Assembly (NCBI GenBank): GCA_002269645.1
Contig: NIVC01003579.1
Span: 26,064-90,063 of the forward strand
Direction of reading: 5' to 3'
DNA length: 64,000 nucleotides
Source of the DNA: Macrostomum lignano
Taxonomy: Eukaryota
Numbering within the stretch: position 1 is the stretch's first letter; each line of letters starts with the position of its first letter. Made by a program: the position numbers and the translations under genes. The notes beneath the pieces are model-generated. The model worked only from the letters and a program-made list of their open reading frames with translations. It had not been told where the DNA came from and did not search any database. Shown here piece by piece: positions 41,601 to 52,217 of the stretch.

Positions 41601-44600
41601 TGCAGTCTCCACGATCCTACAGATGGAACTCGGTTCATCAAGAAGCCTTCGACAAGCTCAAGGCTGCCTTGGCAGAGCGGTTGCTGTTGCAGCACCCGGA
41701 TCCGAATTGCGACGCCTATAGCCTTGTCACAGATGCTTCATCTTACAGCGTCGGCGCAGCTCTTCATCAAACGACTGGCAATGTCACGACGCCCATCGGC
41801 CTGTTCAGCAAGAAGCTGACAGCAACGCAGCAAAAATACTCAGCTTTCGACAGGGAACTCCTCGCAGTGTATCTCGCCGTTCTGCATTTCCGGAGCCTGA
41901 TCGAGGGACGTGAAGTAACGGTTTTCACGGACCACAAGCCCCTAGCTCAGGCGTTCCACAGCAACAGCGGCGGAACTTCCGACCGGAATCAGCGATACCT
42001 GAGTGTCATCACTGAATACGTCACGGACATCGCCTACATCCGCGGCTCCGACAACATTGTCGCTGATGCGCTCTCCCGGCTCGACGAAGCGGACATCAGC
42101 CAGGTCAACAACGTCCAGCAGCTGTCACCCATAGACATTCCGGCCATCGCAGACGAGCAGAAGCGGGAGCAGCTGCTGTCACTCGATGGTTGCCGACCCT
42201 ATCCGGTGGACGGTCAACGAACCCTGCTCTGCGAGACCTCAACAAACTATCCGCGGCCGGTCGTCCCTGAGTCGCTGCGACGCCCGGTACTACAGCACTT
42301 TCACGACCTGGGACACTTCGGCTTCCGCAAGACCGCCCGCCTCATCACGTCACGCTACTTCTGGCCAAATATGCGTGGCGACATTAAGGCCTACTGCCGA
42401 GCCTGTGAGTCCTGCCAGCGCAACAAAATTAGCCGCCACACGGTATCTGGAAGCTCGGCATTCGACCTGCCTTCGAATAGATTCGAGACCGTGCACATTG
42501 ACATCGTCGGGCCTTTGCCAGTTCCGGAACGCCAGCACGACGTCTCATGCGGCTTGTCTCCTCGGTATCTTCTCACCATGATAGACCGGGGTACCAGCTG
42601 GATCGAAGCAGCGCCGATCGAGTCCATCACAGCCCAGAGCGTCGCCTCCGCCTTCCTAGCAACCTGGATCTCACGATTCGGGGTGCCCCTCTACATCGTG
42701 ACTGATCGCGGGGCACAGTTCGAAGCGGACCTCTTCAACATCCTGGCTGCCAGCGTTGGTTTCTACCGCCTCCGTACGACTGCCTACCATCCGCAGACCA
42801 ACGGCAAAATCGAGCGCGCCCATCGAACGCTCAAGAACATCCTGAAGGTTCGTGGACAGTCCTGGCTTGACAATCTACCACTTGCACTGCTCGCCATGCA
42901 CATCTCTCCTGATGAGAACGGCGTCAGCCCCTTCACGCGTCTCACGGGGAGCACCCGATGCTTCCACGAGTCCTGGTTCCCGACGACGTCAATCCTCAGT
43001 CTGTTCGGCTGCGCATGGACGACATCACCGACGGTACGCGATCTTCGCCTTCCACGACCAAGCTGTACATCCCTGCCGACCTCTGGACAGCAGAAAAGGT
43101 CTGGCTCCGTGTGGATCGCGTTCGCAAGCCTCTAGAAGCACCTTATCAGGGGCCCTATCCTGTCATCCGTCGGACAGACAAGTTTTTCATCATCGAGGCT
43201 CAGCCTGGTCGGCAGGAGGCCGTTTCGATCGACCGTCTGAAACCATTCCGCACGGCTGGTGGCACCATCAGTTCAAGGCTACCCGCCAAGAAACAGACGT
43301 CCACGGAATCTCGCCAATGTTCCCAGCCGACAACTGTGCTCAACCAGCCGGATGCAGCCGCTAAGGGAGACAGCACCCCAGTGATCACCCGGAGTGGCCG
43401 GCATGTGCGATTCAAGAAGTGCAATGACTATATGTATTTTTGACCACTGACTGCTCTTTATCTAGGCCATCATCTGCTAGCTGTCCCACCTGATAGTTTT
43501 TTCCCCGGGACTCCGTCTTCCGCGGGGGGGGGACTATTGTAGTGACCTTCGCGAACTTTCTTTTGCGTATGAATAATAGAAATTTCCCGATATGGTAATA
43601 TTAAATATTCTACGCTTTTCCTGAAATTTCCATCAAGTTCACAATATTATTTCTACACCGTTTATGCATAGTTAATTATTAATTTACATGAATTCTTGTA
43701 CTGTAACACTTAGTCACTATTTGAGCAATACGTACATACAACTTAGTTTTGTTATAAGGATGCACGTTTTTCTAGAACTTTCCGGAAACCCCAATTTCAT
43801 CTATAAATACACGAAACCAGAAATGCAATTATTTTAAGTCCTTTTCAATCACTCGATTGACTCAAATAACAGAGCATTCAATTGCTAAAGTCTTTACAAA
43901 CTTTCCCAATTAATATTTTAGGAAAATTTTAGTAAATAATAATGGATTATCTAATAGTTCAATCAACGCAATTCTTTACTCACGCGACACCACCCCATGC
44001 TGCTGGTGGCAACCATGAGCAGTTGTCTGAGTATAGTTTGTTGGCGGAATTTCTTCCGCCGCCGCTGCGTTCGCAGACGTATCCAAGCTGATTATCTCGG
44101 CGTACTAAGTTGATGCAAACGGTACAGGTGACATAATTACATTAAGTATCGTACTTTGATGCTGATGATAGAATAGGCTGACATAAAAGGCAGTTACCTT
44201 CTGCTGGTCTTTGTCGCTCAAGCAAACAGCATCGGAGAACCCACTGTTGCTGCTTCCGCCGCTGTCAAGGTGTTGCATCACTCTCTTGATGAGGCTGTCA
44301 AGCTGCTGCACCTTAGCATTCAGTTGGCGCTGGTTCTCTGCTAGCTGCTCGGATTGAATGTTTGTTGCCAGATCTGCAGCGAATCGGAGTCCGGGCTTTT
44401 TTTAGAGTTCAGGACTTATGAGCCTTAAAACTGTCTATTATGTCAGTCAGTCAGTCAGTCAGTCAGTCAGTCAGTCAGTCAGTCAGTCAGTCAGTCAGTC
44501 AGTCAGTCAGTCAGTCAGTCAGTCAGTCAGTCAGTCAGTCAGTCAGTCAGTCAGTCAGTCAGTCAGTCAGTCAGTCAGTCAGTCAGTCAGTCAGTCAGTC

Positions 44601-47600
44601 AGTCACCCACTCACTCAAGTCAGTCAGTCAGTCAGTCAGTCAGTCAGTCAGTCAGTCAGTCAGTCAGTCAGTCAGTCAGTCAGTCAGTCAGTCAGTCAGT
44701 CAGTCAGTCAGTCAGTCAGTCAGCAGCTCACTGACTTACACTGTCTCTTGGCGTCGAGCAGCCTGGCCAAGTCTGTTTTTAGCTCGCTAAACTCGGCAAA
44801 AAGTTGTTCACCCAAGGAGGACAATTCGTCGGCAGTGATGCTGGTAGCACCAGCCGCAGTCGCTGCGGACGGGCCAGCGGCGTCAGCAGAGTTGGAGACG
44901 TCACTTTCGTCTCCGTTGCCGAACAGGCGAGCGTCGACCCCCTGCAGAAATTCTTGACGAAGTCGCTCCAGAACTACACAAAAGGTGTTTGCACAGGAAC
45001 ATTGGTAATATTGCCTTCTCTGAATAACAGTAAGTAAGACTCGAACTTGCTATAGAACCATTACGCTTCGATTCCAATGTTAAGCTTTATTGACCCTCAG
45101 TGTGCCTCTTGTATGACACTATAAACAGATTCGATTCTGAGTAACCATGTCAAAGTTTACCTATAACATCCGTCACGTATAAAATACGATTCAACTACGA
45201 GACAATACAAGGACGGAATCAGAATTTATAAGATTGGGTTTGATTACTCACCGGAAGCTCGACGACGCAACGCCTCTTCGGTGCGTTCAGTGTCCTCGCT
45301 TTCCTGCCGACGCTGTGCCATCTCCTTGATTGGTTCGTCAGGGTGAGACTCCCGCTTTGGTTCTTCTCGATATGGCTCATCAGCATAGTGCTGCTGCTTG
45401 CTTGGTTGCATTTCCAACCTGTAAGTGTTTGTTAGATCGAATCAATTCCTGCGTTCTTAGTGTAGGTTTCCCATGGTAATTGATTAACTAAAGCAATCCT
45501 AAAGCTAAAGCTAGCATCGACTCTCACCCGTAAGATCTTGCTGCACGAACGTGCTGACATTGTGGCTGTTGCTGCTGTTGCTGTTGTTGTTGTTGCAATG
45601 TTTGTGAACTCTGTTGCGACATCGGCGACTGCAAAGACGGCGGCGCTACATCGCCGGAACCAAAGTCATTGAACGTCTCGAGATCATTGATGGGATCGTT
45701 ACTTTCTTCATTCTCTCTGACGTTGCTCGATTTTGTCTCTTGCGAACGCTGACGCAATTTCAGTTGCTGATTTCTCCAGCTTTGCCACTGCGATGAGGTA
45801 CCGCCCGTCTTCTTAAAAACCTGCTGCGTCTTCTTCTCGATTGACTTGGCGTCCACAGCAACGGAAACGGTAGCAAGGGACAGAGTGGTCTCAGCGTCTG
45901 TGTGGTTTTCGTGAGTTCGACTGCCACTGGGGCTTGTGACGGTGGTTCCGCGGCTCAGGCTGCTGCTGCTGGGCCCACCGAGGGCGCTCCGATTGCGCTG
46001 CTGTCGCTGCAGCTGCATAACTGCCCGGCGACGCATATCGCTGCGCTCACGTTCCGCCTGAGGAATTTAAAGTAACAAAACGTTTGTTTGCTCGTCGTTT
46101 TTGCAAACAAAAATTACCGCAGATGTAAACACTTTTAACTTAAAATTTATACCAGTACGTATGCGAAAAGTTGACGCATTGTTTTTCATGCACACTAGAT
46201 CTCGCAAATTTCAGTCATTGTTTCTGGGAAGTAATATGTCTAGGATTTCTAATTCATCAACTGTTACGCAATGGTAAACCAAGACTACTCGTACCTAATA
46301 CCTAATAGGCAGATGTGCAACTGACAGCTCAGCCGCAGCTATTGCGCGGCACATCGAAGGCTGCGTACGGCTGTTCAGTCCAAAGACTGAAGGGTCGCCA
46401 CACACACAAACTAATTTTGGTACCCATTTTACAGCTGGGTGAACTGAAGCAATGCAGGGTTAAGTGTCTTGCTCAAGGACACAAATTGTTCCGAGTTGGT
46501 CGAGAATAGAACCCCAAACGTTTCAGTCATGAGTCTAACGGCTCTAACGCTCTAACGGCTAGGCTGCAACCTCTTCCCTGTGCCTCCGTAACTAGGCTAA
46601 GCCTAGAAACAAAGTAGGAGAACGGAATAAAAAGGGAAAAGGCAACATACTTGCAAATTGATCTTAAATTATCACCTGCTGCGCCGCCGCCTCAGCCTGT
46701 CGACGTTTCTCTCGATCCCGCTGCTCTGCCTGCAGTTTCTTCTGACGCTGCAGCCGCATCTGCTTCTGCCGGCCTTCGCTCAGCTGCCGAGTCAGTCGCA
46801 TGGCCCGAAGTCGCTGCTGGTCCTTGGCCGCCTCCAGCCGTTGAAGCCGCAGTTGAGTGGTTCGATTCACTCTGATGGGAATTTCCCGACGATAGGCCAG
46901 TAATTCTTGATCGATGTAACTCTTGCGTCGCTGATCGGACTGGGTTACATGTACATGTAAGTAATAAATCTTCAAATGATTCTTGAATCGGTTTTTACAA
47001 TTTTAATTGATATTCAAAAGTTACATGCGTTTTTCAGCATTAAGACAGTAAATGTTGTTCTCAACACAGCCTAGGAGTGGATGCCTACCAATATGTTGAC
47101 GCACTTGGCCAACGAGCAAGTAGGAAATACGAATCAATCAGAGACGAAACCAGAAAAAATCAAAGGGGGACCAAGCGAATTTTCGCCTAAATACACAGTC
47201 ACTCCTCCGCTCCCTTGGGTCGTTACCCTCAAAAATCCGCCCCCCCCCCCTCGAAGAATTTCTGGTTGCGCTACTGGGATCAATGGACTGTCCTACCACT
47301 GCCTTCGTTCATTCTTACAACACTTAAAGTTCCCGTCTGCTCATGGTGGAATAAATTATAATTTAGCAGCCAATCATAGTGGTCCCATACAGCTTCAACA
47401 AGCGCTTCTTAACGGACTTTTTAAAACCTAAAAGGATCATTCCCAACATCCCCTCTCACCCTAATCCAGAAGCTGCGATTGTGCGGCGTTCTCAACAGGT
47501 ACCGCAGATTCTCCTCCTCATCCTCAGCAGACAAGCCGCTACTCAGATATGGCGAGAGCAGTTCGGCCTTCAGAGCTGCTTGCTTCGCTGGCTGCTGTTG

Positions 47601-48677
47601 TTTCTGCTGCTGTTGTTGAGACTGGCGAATTTTGCGTTTACCGCGAGTCTTTCGACGCTTGCGCTTTTTCGACGAATCGGCGGTGTCGAAACTGTCCTGA
47701 GTGACGTCGATCTGGCGTCCAGAGTTGCAAGCAGCTGCCTCGATTAGCTCAGTTGCCTGCATAGTGGACACGGAGTCCACAGCAGACTGGGGCTTCACGG
47801 AACTGTTGCAGCTCAGCGCGTCGATAAGCTGGGGTGGCGGCTGGGGTTGCGGAGGCTGACAGTGGCCTGACATGTCCGGACGCCAGCTGGCGAAACTGAA
47901 GGCACTGCCACTGGAGACTGCGGCGCTGTGTGCCAATACGGAAAGTACAAAACTGAGCCCGTTGAGCATGTTTGGAAAACTGTCTATGCATAGATGATCA
48001 AGAAAAATTAACTCCAATCCGACCAGGAACTTTGGAATACGCACATAATTTTTCTCCTGTTAAAAGTTCACACCTCCAACTACAAAAAATCACATTGGAT
48101 AACTGTTAGATAATTATATTATAATAATTTGCTTAGAGGCGAATGCTTACCAATCCAGCTAAGCTGCAATTGAAAGTTCAAATAAAGAAATCTTGAACTT
48201 TAGGCGTTAGCTAGTAAGTAAAATTCTTCAAATTTTGTTTTGGCAAGAGCTGTGCCTATTGTCATTATTCCAAGGACTAGGGGAGAAGGTTGGTGTGGGT
48301 TTTTATTTGGTTATAAATATATTTAAAACTGGCAGTCTTACAAGCATATTTTACAAGCAGTTTAACTTCGCTTACCCTCCGATAACAGTGCTAGATGGCA
48401 CTTTCCAGTTGCTGCTTCCACCGCTGCCTCGCTGCATCGTTCTCTCCGCGTTGCCCGAACCAACGGTGATAGCAGAAGAAGCTGATGCAGTTTCTGAGTT
48501 AGTCGCTCTCTGCTCAGTATCTTCAGCGTTGTCATCGTCGCCGTAGTCAATCTCGATGGGGCTCGCACGCAAAGCAGACGGGTCGCCATTGCCATTTGCT
48601 TCGTCGAATTGATTGAACAGCGACATCAGCATCTTACGCTGATAGCTGTTAAATAAATACTGCCCAGTTTTGTCCAT
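35692..48677 (-). CDS. Uncharacterised large Gln/Ser-rich coiled-coil protein, ~13 exons, ~1270-1280 aa; 3' end uncertain
   Basis: Phase-compatible GT-AG exon chain: 48677-48376, 47925-47460, 46939-46676, 46057-45528, 45418-45252, 44973-44740, 44373-44198, 44104-43984, 38788-38730, 38375-38018 (or 38407-38018 if the 59-nt exon is skipped), 37645-37475, 37368-36603, 35926-35692. A GTGAGT donor at 35720 may extend the gene to an exon near 35160-35390. No family recognised. Confidence 0.72.
35958..36413 (+). repeat. 15-bp minisatellite (GGGGCTTTAGAACCA), ~30 near-identical copies, intronic
   Basis: Lies inside the predicted intron 35927-36602. Confidence 0.97.
37745..37990 (+). repeat. Degenerate intronic repeat (CCCTCACCGGTAATGG core)
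   Basis: About 8-9 diverged copies within intron 37646-38017. Confidence 0.75.
38463..38630 (+). repeat. 49-bp tandem repeat, ~3.5 copies, intronic
   Basis: ATCAGATT at 38463, 38513 and 38562. Confidence 0.85.
38819..39179 (+). repeat. 5' LTR
   Basis: TGTAGTGACC...TCTTTACA; three substitutions seen relative to the 3' LTR. Confidence 0.96.
39182..39198 (+). promoter_or_regulatory. Primer-binding site, probably tRNA-Tyr
   Basis: TGGTCCGGTGAGGCGGA two nt after the LTR; its reverse complement ends ...CCGGA-CCA, resembling recalled eukaryotic tRNA-Tyr 3' ends (inference). Confidence 0.6.
39224..40240 (+). CDS. gag: Gypsy Gag (338 aa)
   Basis: [32 protein letters not shown] and C-terminal [15 protein letters not shown] are typical of Gypsy gag. 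Confidence 0.9.
   Translation: MSTPSDSSASNLPPPPPTEQPPLPVVSQPSGVASPLAISPPSTTAAAPSISQPSVLFSPAAMPPYQQAVAAVSVKAPPFYRNNPDAWFQTLESQFKLARITSEETKYHHLVSNLPEDVASVLLSSETPANYTLLKTSVCNMMQKSKQEKINELLATSDLGGDKPSIFLQRLTAKMSQCGIQPASCPDMVKATLLRCLPSEFRLALSGFQEQTPAQLASIADSMLAVQNSFGRVNAAQPELIAAVPAKPTGDFNKARKTRSNGMKPFKAGQRPVICRAHIFYGQQARTCRHWCQFPKAPSHFPRVLTNNEATPAQSRSSSPTRNSPTPGNWTTLPNTPQ
40204..40266 (+). promoter_or_regulatory. -1 programmed ribosomal frameshift signal (G GGA AAC plus H-type pseudoknot)
   Basis: Slippery site 40204-40210 in the gag frame; 5-nt spacer; stem 1 GACGCTGC 40216-40223 / GCAGCGTC 40241-40248; stem 2 CGCCGCA 40230-40236 / TGCGGCG 40260-40266. Confidence 0.85.
40204..43443 (+). CDS. pol: Gypsy Pol (PR-RT-RNaseH-IN), entered by -1 frameshift; two further disruptions at ~40390 and ~42947
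   Basis: Protease FLVDTGA (-1 frame relative to gag) and PILGYDFL; [21 protein letters not shown]; RNaseH TDAS, DRELLA; integrase [28 protein letters not shown]; GPY motif in the 42958-43443 frame. Confidence 0.93.
43521..43537 (+). promoter_or_regulatory. Polypurine tract
   Basis: G9 run (43524-43532) immediately before the 3' LTR. Confidence 0.85.
43538..43898 (+). repeat. 3' LTR
   Basis: Same length and ends as the 5' LTR. Confidence 0.96.
44444..44722 (+). repeat. (TCAG)n microsatellite, read as (CTGA)n on the host-gene strand, intronic
   Basis: Inside predicted intron 44374-44739. Confidence 0.97.
46310..46566 (-). mobile_element. tRNA-derived CORE-like SINE, copy 2 (intronic)
   Basis: Reverse complement aligns along its length with 28821-29088. 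Confidence 0.85.
47139..47276. mobile_element. Small degenerate hAT-like MITE (138 bp), intronic
   Basis: Ends CAGAGACGAAACCAGAAA / TTTCTGGTTGCGCTACTG; near-TSD GAATCAAT / GGATCAAT (7 of 8). Confidence 0.55.
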
Positions 48678-49489
48678 GCTTGATAATGCTGGACAGTGCA
48701 AATGCGGTTAGACCATGCCTTGATTATTCTTGAATTCGAACGAATTCCGACAGCACCGAAATTATCTAAGTTAAGACTGATATTTTAAGTGTTAATGGAT
48801 CAGACTACAAAATTTGCTTTCAGACTAGAGCCTATTCAACTAATATAACTTTGTCTATGTCTATTTCCAGGGGTTCCTGAGGAAAGACAGAAAAACTATT
48901 TATCAGGGTAAAATCTGGTAAAATCAAGATTTGAAAAAAGATTCGACGGTATAATTACTTTTTTATCACGGTTACCTTCAAAACTTAACACAGCCTTTAC
49001 ATTGCTCAGATAGAGCATGAGTGCAGTTAAGACTGAACTTTTAGGACTGTTAAGACTGAAGTTTGTGAGGCGAGGGTGGGGTCAAGGTTTTTGTTCCTAA
49101 AAAGCCCAGACCCTGAAATCTACCATGCTCGCCAATTTTAGCATCAATTTTACGACTCTATTGGCTTCTATTATGGGGGTTGGTTTTCGATGCTCTGTAT
49201 TGGCCGATGACAGGTCACTTGTATACAGTCTATAGGGTCATCCCCCGTTTATATTTAGCTTGCTGGTATCGAAATAGAAAGCGTGGGGTATCCTACTAAC
49301 TGATTAAAACGCGCGCGCGCGATCATCAATTGAAGGCAGATTGCAAGTCAGTCAGCCAGCCAGCCAATTCTTCAATCTATGGTTAGTTAAGTTAGCTATT
49401 CTCTTGTTTGCGAGTTTTGATCATTTCACGCATTTCACCCAGTCTCTGCTTGGTTTGATTTTTTCTACGTTTAATTGGATTGGATGGTC

Positions 49490-51105
49490 ACATCACCTTA
49501 GTGACTGGTGATGTGACCTCTACTGGTGTTATGACCTCTACTGGTGTTTTGACCTTAGGAACTGGTGATGTGACCTTGGTGACTGGTGATGTGACCTTGG
49601 TGACTGGTGATGTGACCCGACTGACTGGTGATGTGACCACGTTGACTGGTGATGTGACCGCGTTGACTGGTGATGTGACTGCGTTGACTGGTGATGTGAC
49701 CACGTTGATTGGTGATGTGACCCGACTGACTGGTGATGTGACCCGACTGACTGGTGATGTGACCCGACTGACTGGTGATGTGACCGCGTTGACTGGTGAT
49801 GTGACCGTGTTGACTGGTGATGTGACCCGACTGACTGGTGATGTGACCGTGTTGACTGGTGATGTGACCCGACTGACTGTTGACGTGACCGCGTTGACTG
49901 GTGATGTGACCCGACTGACTGGTGATGTGACCGTGTTGACTGGTGATGTGACCCGACTGACTGGTGATGTGACCGTGTTGACTGGTGATGTGACCCGACT
50001 GACTGGTGATGTGACCCGACTGACTGGTGATGTGACCCGGTTGACTGTTGATGTGACATTGTTGACTGGTGAAGTGACCTTAGTGACTGGTGATGTGACC
50101 TTGGTGACTGGTGATGTGACCTTAGTGACTGGTGATGTGACCTCTACGGGTGATGTGACCTCTACGGGTGTTATGACCTCTACTGGTGATGTGACCTTGG
50201 TGACTGGTGATGTGACCTCTACGGGTGTTATGACCTCTACTGTTGATGTGACATTGTTGACTGGTGAAGTGACCCCGACTGACTGGTGATGTGACCCGAC
50301 TGACTGGTGATGTGACCGCGTTGACTGGTGATGTGACCCGACTGACTGGTGATGTGACCGATTTGACTGGTGATGTGACCCGACTGACTGGTGATGTGAC
50401 CTTGGTGACTGGTGATGTGACCTTGGGGACTGGTGATGTGACCTTGGTGAATGGTGATGTGACCTTGGTGACTGGTGATGTGACCCGACTGACTGGTGAT
50501 GTGACCCGACTGACTGGTGATGTGACCGCGTTGACTGGTGATGTGACCGTGGTGAATGATGATGTGACCCTGTTGACTGTTGATGTGACATTGTTGACTG
50601 GTGAAGTGACCCCGTTGACTGGTGATGTGACCTTAGTGACTGGTGATGTGACCCGACTGACTGGTGATGTGACCTTGGTGACTGGTGATGTGACCTTGGG
50701 GACTGGTGATGTGACCTTGGTGAATGGTGATGTGACCTTGGTGACTGGTGATGTGACCCGACTGACTGGTGATGTGACCCGACTGACTGGTGATGTGACC
50801 GCGTTGACTGGTGATGTGACCGTGGTGAATGATGATGTGACCCTGTTGACTGTTGATGTGACATTGTTGACTGGTGAAGTGACCCCGTTGACTGGTGATG
50901 TGACCTTAGTGACTGGTGATGTGACCTTAGTGACTGGTGATGTGACCCTGTTGACTGGTGATGTGACCCTGTTGACTGGTGATGTGACCTTAGTGACTGG
51001 TGATGTGACCTCTACGGGTGTTATGACCTCTACTGGTGATGTGACCTTGGTGACTGGTGATGTGACCTCTACTGGTGTTTTGACCGCTAAGACTGGTGAT
51101 TTGAC
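49490..51105 (+). repeat. 21/18-bp variant-rich minisatellite (ACTGGTGATGTGACC plus 6 variable nt), ~77 units
   Basis: Direct reading; 273-bp internal duplication (50423/50696). Confidence 0.94.
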
Positions 51106-51927
51106 CTCGATTACCGATCAAAAGCAGTTGCGCTAAATGAATTCAGCTGTTTTTCCTTCATTGGATATCAAAAGTTCAAACGGTCACCTTGGATGACAAT
51201 AATGAAACACGAAAGTCTATCAATTAACCAACCCATTCAGTTGGGTTTGCAAATGTCAGAATAGCAGCGTCAGTATATTTATTAAAACCTGCAAAGCTAC
51301 TGATAGAAAGTCTATGTGAATTGGCGATATGAATATTCAAACGCTTGAATTTATTAGTCAGCAGTACGTTGAAGTAGATTCTCAATTTATCCAGAATAGT
51401 AGCTCCAGATTATTAGCTCCAAAATAGTAGCTCATACAGTTTCCATACATTTCCACGCATAAGAAAAAACGAATTGTTTTAACACGCTAGCTATAATAAA
51501 AAGGGCTTATAATAGAGAGGCTGCTTCAACTGAACTCATATCATGTAAGAGACCTGTTGTATAACGAAACTGTGATCATTAGATAATTGTAGTTAAAGGC
51601 TATAGCATATCCTGTTATATATAGTGATAGTGCAATTGTTAAATAATACTAATTTACGAGTAGAGCTACTCCTTTAGAGGAGAAATAGTAAGAACTATCA
51701 TCATTGGAATTCTGAAGCTGATTAACTCCCATTAGCTGAAATTCCATTGCTTGGTTGAATCTCATCTTCCAAATCATATCCAAATCCTATATAACGACTT
51801 TCAAATAATCAGAAATCTTGTTTTATTTGATTCCTAAAAAAAAACTCACTTCACTAACATTGTCTATACTCGGAATCTCATGTCTCTACTCTCGTTTCTC
51901 ATATCTCATATCTCACATAACACTCTC

Positions 51928-52217
51928 TACTTTCTTATCTCACATTGTCTTTTTATGTTTTTCTACCATCTACTGTCTCATCTCTTCTCTCTTTTCTCTC
52001 ATCTCCGTTCTATCTTCTCTCAACGCATTTCATCTCTCATCTCCTAATCTTCCTAGTCTCCTAATCTCCTAAGCGCTTCAAGATTAGAGTAGAGAGTGTA
52101 GAATATGAGAGAGGAAAGGAGCTGAGAGAATATAGAACGGAGAGGAGAGAAACGAGAGAAGAGAGGAGACAGTAGATAGTAGAAAAAAATAAAAAGATAA
52201 TATGAGATAAGAAAGTA
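51928..52217. other. ~290-bp imperfect foldback palindrome (CT-rich arm / GA-rich arm)
   Basis: 51928-52021 is the reverse complement of 52122-52217 with scattered mismatches; centre near the palindrome AAGCGCTT at 52071-52078. Confidence 0.85.

Larger units (their letters stand above)
38819..43898 (+). mobile_element. Full-length Ty3/Gypsy LTR retrotransposon (5080 bp), antisense in an intron of the orphan gene
   Basis: Two 361-bp TG...CA LTRs, 4-bp TSD AACT (38815-38818 / 43899-43902), PBS, PPT, and gag followed by PR-RT-RNaseH-IN. Confidence 0.97.
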
